Positions 38,760-50,800 of a stretch of 64,000 bases of DNA are shown here, piece by piece. The number at the start of each line of letters is the position of its first letter. Position 1 is the stretch's first letter. The notes under the pieces are model-generated. The model was not told where the DNA came from. It did not search any database and saw only the letters and a list, made by a program, of their open reading frames with translations. Origin of the DNA: Eledone cirrhosa (lineage: Eukaryota); assembly GCA_964016885.1 (NCBI GenBank), contig OZ024747.1, positions 68,510,001-68,574,000 on the forward strand, in the 5' to 3' direction. The translations under genes were made by a program, and so were the position numbers.

Positions 38760-38916
38760 AGGTGGTGAATTGGCAGTATCGGTAGAGGGTCGGACGCTAT
38801 GCTTTGCAGCCAAAAAAGAGTTATATCCCTTTATGGTCTGAGTTCAAATCCCGCCGAGGTTAAAGTACCAGTAATACACTGGGATAATTGCTGGCCTTGT
38901 GCCAAAAGTAGAAACA
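38760..38916 (+). mobile_element. SINE family A (internally deleted) with ~19-bp flanking direct repeat
   Basis: ATTATATTATGAATTACTA occurs at 38741-38759 and 38917-38935. Confidence 0.75.
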
Positions 38917-40891
38917 ATTATATTATGAATTACTATTGTATTTTCATGGTAAAAACTTTATCTCACATAATATCAAATCTATGAGATTTTAATATTATTT
39001 ATTCTGAGAACAATACCGTAAGATAAGTATGAGCAGCTGGTTATGGCAGGTTTGAACAGAAAGAGGTGAGAGAATGCAGCCGGTTTAAATGCTAAAGGGT
39101 TAGATGGCACTTCAGTCCAGCTGCCAATCTATACATCTAGCCACATATAGTGCAGACGGCCCCTGAGTGGAGCAGGATGATATATTTGATTGGATCTTGG
39201 TGTTAGATTTTAGATCACGAAGATGGACCAGGTGAGACTTTTCATAGTTTTTTATACTTCCATGTGAGAATGCACGAATTCTCTTAGAAAGAGAGTTTTG
39301 CTATATTCATATGAATATGTTTTGAAAATTGCAATACAAAAATCCTATGAAACTTTAGCATGGACCACAAAATAAAGCACAATGAAGCTGGTATGATTTA
39401 CCATGTCAAGGTGACAATAGTGTGTTAATAATTAACATATATGTCCCTAATACTGCAAAGAATCTATCTGAGAATTTAAAGAAATACACTGATTTAATGT
39501 GGAAATAAAAACATGATGGCATTTTAAAAAAATGTAACATAACTATCATTTCATTTGTATTTGGTGCAACTGGAAAGATAGGTAATTACTTCTACAAACA
39601 TGTCAACAGATTACCTATAAGGTAAGTTCCAAAACATAGCCAATTCTAGGATCTTAATAGAGAATTTGCACTAAGCTTTTGTTATATGTACTTAATTATT
39701 TTTGTAAAAAAAAAAAAAATTCTTTCTATATCTCTCCCACTGTGCTAAATAATGATAGTAAAAGAGATAAATAAATAATAAATTAAGTGAAAAAAAACAC
39801 TGAGAGAAAACCCAGATTTAATTTTATGAGATTGCACATATGGATTATTGATATGATTTGTCCCAGAAAATAAATCCACAAAAGCAGCTTGAGAAACTAA
39901 GAAAGATAACCTTTTAGATAGCATTTTAGATGAATGAAAGGAGGGCATTCAAAAGTGGGAGCAGTATTTGAATTAGGCTTAAGCTGAAAAAGCTACAGAT
40001 TATGGCCTCACAGTGTGCAAAATTCTCAAAATAATCAAAAGGCATACATATTTTCGATGTTTGTGAGTTGTTCTGGTGGAATTGTGTAACAAAGGACCTC
40101 CAAGTTTTCTATAACTGAGGACCTCAGTGAGAAGGGCCTAGCTACTTTGGCAGAATAAGGACTAAAAGTTGCAAGACAACTGAGTCAGATATTTAAGGCA
40201 AAATGTATAGGTGAAGGTAGTGGAGGCACGTGGTCTAGTGGTAAGGGTGTTGGACTTACGATCATAATGTCATGGGTTCAATTCCTGGGTTGCGTGTTGT
40301 GTTCTTGAGCAAAACAGTTCATTTCACATTGCTCCAGTATACTCAGCTGGAAATGAGTACCAGCAATAGCTGGGGGGTTTAACCCTGTGATGGATTGGTG
40401 TCCTGTCCAGTGGGGAAGTCTAGTACTCTCAGTCACTTCACGCCATGAAATTGGGATAAGCACCAGCCTAACGAGCCTTAAATGGCTTAAGACAGACTTG
40501 GTATTTGTGACCTAAAAAGATACTATCCATAGAAGCATAGTTATATATTTCTTTTCTAAGAGTTTAGGAAACTCTTAATGAGCTAGATGTTTCTGGTCAT
40601 CATAAGCTACTAATAATAATGTTATAATATTTTTATTTTTTCATTTTTCAGAATGTTCCAGAATACAATGATATGTCTAATCAGAAGTTGTATGGAATAT
40701 ATAATATGACTTGGTTTAAATACAGAAAAATTGATAAAGTTACTTCCTGAAGATTTAAATTCAAAAAAGAAAACACTGGAATTTATTTTGAAATTGCTTA
40801 GTTTTCATATTTATTAATGATTTAAAGATAAATCCTATTACCAAAAAAAAAAAAAAAAAAAAAAAAAAAAGAAACATCATTATAAATAAAA

Positions 40892-41849
40892 ATGATGGGA
40901 GAAATTTGTGAAGATACGATTCTAAATATCCCAGAGACTATTGCAGAGGTTGATGATAAAGAAATATCATATCATGAAGAATTTGCAGAAGAAATAAAAA
41001 TGGAAGAAAGCAATTTGGTTCAGGAAAATGGAGAGGCAAGTAAAAACATGGCATCAGTAGAGGTTAATGGAAGGAAGGGATCTCTTCAGGAAATGTCTTC
41101 ACCTCCACAGAATTTTACAGAGCCACTGTCTCCACTTAACTTGCTACGTTCTAAAATGATTGAAAATGTTTCGATGAAAATGCAAGATGCCACTGAAATG
41201 TCAAAAAGTGGAGCATCTCTCTATCTCGGTAAGAATATTGAAAATGAAGCTTCCATTATAACTTTACCGAAAACAACAACAGAAAATGTCAGTGAATTAA
41301 CCAAACGAAAAGCAGGTAGAAGTAATACTTATATGGATACTACGGAATTTTCAAAAAATTCTGCAAAAACTAACAATGCTAAAATGCCAGAGACTTTGCA
41401 GAAAAGAAAAAATACTGTTACTGGAGCACCAGAATCAAGAAAAATGAGTACATTGAGCTTCTCAAAAGTGATAACTCCTGTTCTTCGGAAAGAAAGTATT
41501 TCTAGATTTGTTAGTACACTATCTCTTTCAACTGGTGTTCCTACAATTTTCAATGAAGTTGATTCAAAAAGAAGTAGCTTAAAAACTCAGAGAAAAGTTT
41601 CCGAAGTTTCCTTAGATTTACAACCAGGAATTGATAGAGGTTCAGTTATCCTACCACTTAAACAGCGACCCAAATACTCAAAAACAAAAAAGACTCTAAT
41701 CTTAATCTCATCAATTCTTTTGCAAATATTTGTATCAGAAATATTTTCATTAGCTCCAATTTATGTGGAACTTCTTGATGTATTCAAATCCTCAAAATCA
41801 ACAACAAGTTTGGTTCAGTCGTTACCTCAAGGTCTTGCTTATGCATGTG
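40892..41849 (+). CDS. SLC16-like coding exon 1 (long soluble N-terminus, TM1, start of TM2)
   Basis: ORF 40892-41857; donor G|GTGAGT; upstream acceptor TTTTTCAG at 40651. Confidence 0.85.
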
Positions 41850-44800
41850 GTGAGTAGCTTTCCTAATAAATGATAATTTGTTGTTGTTTAGCTTCAAGTT
41901 AGTCTCATCTGTCTATGGCCATCCCATCTTTCATTCAGTTATAGTGTATTTTGAACTAAAATATGCTCTTCCATTTTTAAATTGGCAAAGTATGATTTTA
42001 AGGAAATTTGGTTGCTATTTCTAACCAATATCTGGGAGATATGGGATTTATTTCCCCATAGTAGCTGATGCCAACTTCTTTTTCTGTCTTTAAGGGTCTT
42101 CTCCCTATTTTATAAACTATTAACATCTCAGTGCATGAGCACACCATTCTTTATATTAATAGTAAAAATGTTGGTTTTAAAAATAAAATTCACTTATATT
42201 TTATATTTTGATATTTCTAGGAATCTTTGTAGCACCTTTAATTGCTAAATTTGGACTTCGTACAACACTGTTTGTTGGGGGCATTCTTTCAAGTACAGGT
42301 TTTGCTGGAGCTGCTTTCATGAATAATGTTTTTGCAATTGCTCTATTCATTGGAATTGTATCAGGTATGTATAACCATTTCAATCAATAACATAATTTTT
42401 GGCTATGTTGAATTTTATTTTAAAATAATACAAAAAATATATGTATACATGAATATCTATATATATGCATGAATATAGTTGGGCTTGACCTGTGATCATG
42501 TATTTAAAATGTTTTTCTCCTTCTCTTTCTCTGCTTCACATATTGCTTTAAATTGATTTCCATTACACTAAAATCACAATGGCATAACTGGAAAGTTTAT
42601 TTTTGATATTATCATGTATACTCAAATATAAACTGGGGAATATGTGACAAAAAAAGAAAAATCGATGTTAGAAAGGAATCAACTTATATTCAGAGACAAT
42701 ATTTTGACAATTTTCGAAAACTTTAAATTCTACATAAATAAGGTTTAGATGTTTGCTCATTTCACACACATAAAATACTGGGATTGGCTTATACTTGAAT
42801 ATATACAATAATAATATTAACTATGTCCATTTCTCTGATATTGACATTTATTAAAAAAATCAAGTATTTTTAATCATTTAGGTTAAAATATTTATATTTT
42901 AACTGCCTGTGTGAATTAACAGATTGGTGATAGAATAACATTTAACAAAATAGGTTTCCCTGGGAATCTAGCTTCTTCAATGTGTATTAGGAATTTAAAA
43001 AAAAATAAATCAAGTGATGATAAAATTATACATGTTTGTAATTACTGCTTACTACAGGAATATTTAAGTTGGGATTTCTTATGTCAGTAACAAGGAGTCA
43101 TAGAATGATACTTTGAGGAATTAGCAAGACCATCATGAGGGTGCACAGCCTAGGGGTTAATGTAATGCCTATCACAAACTAATTTCAGTATATTTCATTG
43201 GGAAATTACGAAAGGTTTTCTTATTTGAACTTCTTTGTTAGGTGATCTGTTGTGGTAATTACCTCTTTGGGATTAAAGAAATAGACTTAGCGGACTATTA
43301 TAAATAAGCAACATGTCTCATTGTCAGGAGTTTGGTTGGAGTCTCACTTGAAAGTCTCATGTTTTGTAGTCAGAAGTTATGCCTGAGATAAAATTGTTAG
43401 TACCCCCACATCGTAGAAAATATAACCAATCAAAGGGTTATAAAATGATCTATTCACTATAACTATTGGCAAAGTTCAACTATTTTAGTATATAATATTA
43501 CAAGTAGAAATATTCCACTGGTACATCATCATCTAATGAATAGCCAAACAAGTTTGTTTTTAGTAATTCTTATCATATAGAAAATGGCTACCAATCAACA
43601 GAACTATAACAAGCAGTAATTTCATGCATTTCTTTTATCATCACAATTTATTTCTGTTTTTTAAATTTTCATTTTTAAATTAAAAACCTCTTACCATTTT
43701 TCATATGAAACTGTTCCAAATATCAGCTTAATAATGGTTTCTGATATAGGCACAATTTGTGGGGGGGAGGAAAGTCGATTGAATTGACCCTGGTGCATTA
43801 CTGGTACTTTATCTTATCTATCTTGTAAGGATGAAAGGCCAAGCTAACCTTGGTGGAATTTTAACTCAGAACATAAAGGAATGTAACTATATACCGTGAA
43901 ACATATTGTCCAATGCTCTACCAATCCACTGCCCTAAACATTTGCTAATAATGTAAAAATGTTATTCTAGTAAATTCTTTCATATTCTCGATTATTTTCA
44001 AAATTAATTGAAAACCAATTTGGAAATATGACCACAAAATATGTTTCCTCTTGAAAATAAAAGTGGGTTATTTTAACATATGGGCTCCAAATTTGAGTCA
44101 GTAGTGGAAAAAACTTGTGTTTTGGAGAGATTTCAGATATCAGTTTTGTTATCAAATCATGAAAAAATGTCCTTTATTGAATAGTTTCCAGATTTTCAAA
44201 AAGGAATACAGACAAGATTCCATGCGGGCAATTATTTCAAGTATGACATTTTAAAACTACTTAACATTTCCTTCTCAGGTTTTAAATACATTTATTCTGA
44301 GGTCATGACAAAGTAAAAAATTGCCTCTCCATAAAAGATCAATACAAAGTATTAAATGAATTTATATGAATATAAAACATCTTAAAAGTAGAAAAAAAAA
44401 AAATTTCGATAAAATATTAAGACTGGTATAAATAAATATGATTCAGGAATCCATTTGCAATATAAAGCAGGAATTGAACTTTGAAAATATAACTAGGAAT
44501 ATCCCTCTCTTGCCTTGGAAATTAAGAGGGCTTTCAATAATTTCAAGAAAGTTTTTACATGAAGTCCATCAGCTCGTGTAGTCAGCAGAGGGAGGAAGAT
44601 TACATAAGCAGAAATAAATCAAGATCAGTGTGGAGTTAGAGGTAAGTACATTAATATATAGCAATGTTCAGGACAACTGCTACACTTTTGAAGACATTCA
44701 CAGGTAATAAACAACATTGAACTTTTCTCTTTACTCTTTCTATATCATAACTTCACTTTACCAACATAAAATGGTTAAGTCATGGAGAGTATTTTCATTG

Positions 44801-47800
44801 ATTGGCATCCTATTCTAAACTTAACTTTACCTTGATTCAAGACATTTCTTTCAGGTATTTAACTTCTGAAATTCCAGGAATTACACTATTTTAAGCTCCT
44901 CTTTTATATATTTATATATATAGTGGTAGAACACTGGAAGGTAATATCCGTAGTGGTAGAGCACTCAGTCCATGGGACGAGTTTGGTAAAAGTGGTTACA
45001 CAACAGTTAGTTCACTATAGCGAGAACAATTGTTTTATCTTAGCGGATCCTCAGTATAAGAGGGATAAGCTGTAGTGTGCAGGAGCGAAGACTGCATTGG
45101 CATGGACATGTGATGCATATGGAGGATGACCGCTGGGTGCCAAGAAATCCCAGTGGAAGGAAGACGCAGTTGAGGAAGACCACGGTGGTAAGACGCTCAC
45201 AGAGGAGATGATGAAGGACTGTGATGAATGGAGAGATGCTATGCTGAATAGGACCCATCCCACCTTTGCAAGCAAGGAAAAGCAGATGTAAAATGATGAT
45301 GATGATAATGATGATGATGATATTCATATTCTAGTTCAATAGCTGTTGTTTGAAGTAATCTTTAGATCAAGTGGAGTATATAGTGGATTGGATGCCAGAT
45401 AATTGGGGGAGGGGTCAGTTGGTTGGATGCTGGAAGATAGAAGGGAAGTGACATCAAGTCAGCAGTAACAGGAGAGTGACAGCCTCTTATATTGTTGAAG
45501 TGTGCTTGAGATAGGTTGCATGTGAGTAAGGTCCCCATTTTCTGTCCTAGGCATTTCTAGAGTGTATGGTGTCTTCAGGTGATGCAACCTGATAAAGCTG
45601 ACAATACGGATTACCCAAGAGCACTTTTTAGAAGCAAGGTTGGTTAACATTTCAACTACACAAAGATATCCTTCAGTAGGCCATCAATCTTACTGAGTTC
45701 AGACAATGGGGGTAAGAGACAGCATGAGATGTTTATATGTCTGCCTCAGTAGTATTACAGCAATAGGTAAAATGCTACGGCTATGAATTTAACCAAAGTT
45801 ATTGACTTGGTTAGGTAGGAATTTAGCAATTAAACTATGGAACTACTAAGATATCCATATATGAGTGAATATTTGGTAACATGGTAATAAAAGTCACTTA
45901 AATATGAATATATATATATATTCATATTTAAGTGACTTATTACCATATATATATATATATATATATATAGTTATACTTTGGGAGGGTCATGTTGTCAATA
46001 AAAACACACGCACCTATTGGTTTTCACTTCAATTTATTATAAATTTCTGGTTGGTTGGTTGGTTGGTTCGATAACCGGATTGTTGTTTATATGTTGTCAA
46101 AGCTCTTTCGTCACACATTCTGTGACCTCCTCAGTGACTAGGTTTTTATTTTGTGTCTCTCCTTTGTTCTGTCCTACACCATTTTGTTTTTGTGTGTTGT
46201 GTGTTTAGTTTGCACATGCGTTACATCCAGGTGTGTGTGTGTGTGTTTTTATTTATTTATTTATGTGTTTATTTATTAGTCACTAGGTGGTTGTTTGTTC
46301 TATCTGTGTGTGTCTGATTTGTTTTGTTAGTTTGGTTTTTGTATGTGTCTGTATGTTTTCATTTTGTCCTTAATTACTAGTTGTGATGTTGCTGTTCCAC
46401 TCATGTTTTCTGTTTCATTTTGGTTGGATTGTTTATATTTGTCACCTTTGTGATTTGTCTGAGCATTGCATCTTTACTGTGTGTGGATATAATTTTATCT
46501 CTATGTTCTCCAATGTGTCCCTATATTCTATTTTGGCATGTTGGTGGAGTACTGATGAGTTTTTCCCATCCTGGAGTTCTCGCCAGTGTTCACTTATCCT
46601 CTCTCGTATGCTACGGGCTGTTTCACCTATGTATGTTATATTCTTATTCCTACACTGTCCCTCAGTACATCTTATGCTATATACTACATTCCTAGTTTTG
46701 CAGCTAATTTGCGGGCTTAGCTTGCAGACTATGCCTTTCCTATCAGCACAGGGGAATCTTTGAAATGGATATGTTTTACTAATTAGAGTTTTTATGGGAA
46801 TACCTGGTCTTTCAACTATCTTAATATTTAATATGAGGTTGTCTACGGTCCTTCTAAATCTGTAAGCTAGTTCACCTCTAGGGGTTGTATTGACGAACAT
46901 TACACTCTGGTATTTATTGCTATCATACCATGAGTTTATTTTATTTGCCTTATTCCTAATTCTTTCTATTCTGTTCCAAAAGTTGCTCCTATACATGGGG
47001 TAAGTTCCATTTGCATCATTTTCTACAATCTTTGCCCATTTTGTTCTAGCTTCTTTATATACCCTGATCTTGTCTCTCTGATTGTAGCCAGAGAACTGCA
47101 TGTGGTGGATGAAGTGTTGTATGTGTCTCTTTAATGTGACAAATAAATAAACACATAAATAAATAAATAAATAAAAAACCTTCCAAAGTATAACAATATC
47201 TGTTTCAACACACGTTTTCAGATAAGAAATCTCGCAAAACAAATTCAAAAATGAATTATAAATATATATATATATATATTAATGTCCTCATATTATGATA
47301 TTATATCGTTCTTTGATGGTGTTTTTTGTTTTTTTGTTTTTTTTGGCTTTTTTTTATTTATTTGATTTTATTTTTATTACAGGAATTGGTTTAAGCATTT
47401 TGAATGTGGTTTCCTACTCTGCTATTGCTATTTATTTTGACTCTGGTCAGAATTATGCAATTGCAGCAGTATCAGCAGGTTTAGCTGTTGGATCAACGTT
47501 GTTACCCCTCTATCAAATTAATATTATTCACATTTATGGTTGGAATGGTAATTTTCTACTAATGGCTGGCATAGTTTTGCAAGTAAATTGTTTATGAGTT
47601 TGTTTTGATTTTAATCCATTCTATTTTTAACATAAAATGTTTTTTATGAAATTTAGCAATATAAAACCATTATATGAGGGTTGGCTGAAAAGTTCATAGG
47701 CTGACTATGAAGGAGTGATGCTAGAGCTGTGAAATATTGCATGCATTAATTTCAACCCTTCTTATTAATAACTGCATTGTTTCTTTCCAGGGACTATGTT

Positions 47801-50800
47801 AAAAAATATACCTCATTTGGTCATTCCATGAGAGTATCTTGGTCAGCCTATGAATATTTCAGTCAACCCTCGTAGACTAGGTTCACATGGATATTATTGC
47901 AAACCCTCACTAGTGTTGGTGATCTACACAATAAATGCACCCAGTACACTCTGTAAAGTGGTTGGTGATAGGAAGAGCATCCAGCCACAGAAAACTTGTA
48001 AACCAAAAGTAAGGGTTGGCAATACAAACAAAATTTGGCCATTGAATACTGCCTCAAAAAACTCTTATTCAACCTATGCTGACATGGAAAAGTTTACCTT
48101 AAAAATGTTGATGATGAGGACTTATAATGATTTCTGATTTAGGCGCAAGGTCAACAATTTGGGGGGAGGGGAAAGTCGATTAAATCAACTCCAGTACCTT
48201 ACTGGTTCTGTATTTATTAACCCCATAAGGATGAAAGCTTATACAATTTAGAGTTTAAATTATTTGTTTCTACTTTAGGCACAAAGCCAGCAATTACCCC
48301 AGTGCATTACTGGTACTTTATTTTATCGACCCCGTAAGGATGAAAGGCAAAGTCAACCTCGGCGGGATTTGAACTCAGATCGTAGAGTTTAAATTATTAT
48401 AAGAAATATTGTCAGATCGCTGAAACTCACGGAGGAGATGACGAAGGACAAGTGGAGAGATGCTGTGCTGAATAGGACTCGTCCCACCCTTGCAAGCAGG
48501 GAAAAGCGGATGTAAAATGATGATGATCATCATCATCATTATCATCATTATCATCATCACTGTTTTACATTCATTCTTCCATGCTAGCATGGGTTAGATG
48601 AGTTGTCTTGTGGGCAATGCTAGGCCAGGTGACCATGTCTTGTTCATACAGAACTGATTTTGGCTTGATTTCTACAGCTGGATGTCCTTCCTAACACCAA
48701 CCTCATTTACAGTGAGTGCTGGGTGCTTTTTATCGTGGCACCCACATGACCACTTTACAGTGGGAGGTGGCAGCATACTGTCTATGAAATTGTATATAGA
48801 AATACATTGCTTAAAAGTTGATTTACTTTTGTTTTAATATTTTTTAAAACCATTTATTTATCTAAACAGGCATGTGTGATGTCATTTCAATTTGAACAAC
48901 AACCAGTAAAAAAGACAATTGAGAACCGTAAAACAGAAAATGAGGCAACATTTAAAGAAAAGCTTAAAGAAATTTCTAAATATAAAGTGTTACCATTGTT
49001 TTTCATAGCAACATTTTTTCTATCAAATGCAATTCCAATATTTTCTATGATGGTAGTTGACTTTGGAATTGAAAGAGGTTTGGGATTATTCTTTTTATAT
49101 TAAAATTTTTTTTAAATAATTCAATGAAAGATGTTCAGTGCAGAGGCCTAACTAGAGTATGGCAAGCACGGCATGTGCTATGGGCACCACTTGGACTAGA
49201 AGCACGTTCTATTAAAGTCAAATAAGCCTTGTCAGAGAGTGAAAAAAAAACTCCTTCAGATATATGATCTGTCTCTGATTATCATGGGTGAGAACACTAT
49301 TTATATAAACCATTTATATAAATTATTAGGCCCATAGGTAAAAATACAGTGCTGGGCAGAGGTGCAATTTCACTGCTTGCCAGAGGCGCTATTTTTCCTA
49401 GTTATGCCTCTGGTTCAGTGTCAAATATTTTTGTCATAAATTCAAATATTTTAACTCAGTAAACAAGTTTTTGTTTCATTATCCAAAATATTACCAACAT
49501 GAAGACATGCAAAATTGATGACATCATCATCAACATCATCAAGTCTAAAGTAAATTCATTCCTTTCATCTTAATTTCTCCTCCTTCATAGTCCCTTACAT
49601 TAAGTGACTTCATGCCTTGTTTCAGACTTTCATAAAAAAACCCATTTCAGTATTATCATTATCATTATCATTATCATTATCATTACTAGCTGAAAAACCA
49701 ACCTTCGGGTGGTTTTCTGTTAGCATGTGTAGTGTGCATATTGATATTATATGCAAATATATATTCATGTAGATATGATACGTCAAATAAAATCGTAATT
49801 GACAATATACACAGAAATTGAAGAGATACTGTGTTACACTGTCTTCTGTAATCAGTAAAGTAATATATGATACACTTAAAAAAGACGATATTGTATATAA
49901 ACTGCATTACGGTGTATTGATATTTGAAAATTTTAAAAGAAGTGAATCTTAAAATAAGCAATCATTATATATAAGAATATTTATGTTTAATCAACAGCTA
50001 TGAAATTTAGTACATACATTATGTAATATTCATTCATTATTTATTCAAAGTAATCCAACTTATTTTACTAACGAGATAAAAAAAATATATTCAGGACACA
50101 GTCCCACACTCCTCCCTTTATTATATTATGATTATAATTCTTATATCTAATTTTTCCTATTTGCATGGGTTAGATTGGTTTTCCCCAGCACAGAATTTTC
50201 TCACTTGTTTCTTTATCATCATCTCCTATGTGGGGTTCAGCATCCTGAGATCAGCTTTCATCACTTCTGTCCATGTTTTCTTTGGTCTTCTTCATCTATG
50301 GCTTCCTTTCACTTGGATTTCCAGGCTCATCTTTACCCATATGATATCATCCATACACATTACATGTCCACATCACACACAGTCCTTTCTCTTTCATACA
50401 ACAACCAATTCCTCTTATACTGAATTTTTCTTTTAATTCATTTGTGCTTTGTTCTTGCACAGTAATATTACCACTTCATTGAAGCATGCTCTCTTCATTT
50501 CTTTCCAGCTTTTAACCCTTTAGCATTTAAACCGGCTGTATCCAGTCAGAATTCTCTCACTTCTTTCTGTTCAAACTGGCTGTAATCAGCCATTCATACC
50601 AATGTTAATAGGTAATATCAAAATCTCATAGATTCGATATTGTGTGAGATAAAGTCTTTACCATGAAAATATAAAAGTAAATATAGAGTAATGTAAATGC
50701 TAAAGGGTTAAAGATCCATTTCAGTAGGATCATAGAATCCATTAATCCATACTTATTGTTTAATTTACTTACTTTCTGAATATATATGTTTTATTATAGG

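Larger units (their letters stand above)
38167..39099. mobile_element. piggyBac-like MITE split by a nested mini-Helitron and a SINE
   Basis: Left TIR at 38167; the MITE body resumes at ~38931 and ends GCTAAAGGG at 39099. Confidence 0.75.

Noticed and set aside
45881-45946. Short palindrome centred on (TA)n
   Set aside because: AT-rich, with no motif or second copy; probably a local fold-back artefact at the PLE insertion edge.
47185-47230. Hammerhead in the second PLE family's terminal repeat (CTGAAAAC...GAAACAG)
   Set aside because: The core lacks the essential GA of CUGANGA in both visible copies (47222 and 14986).
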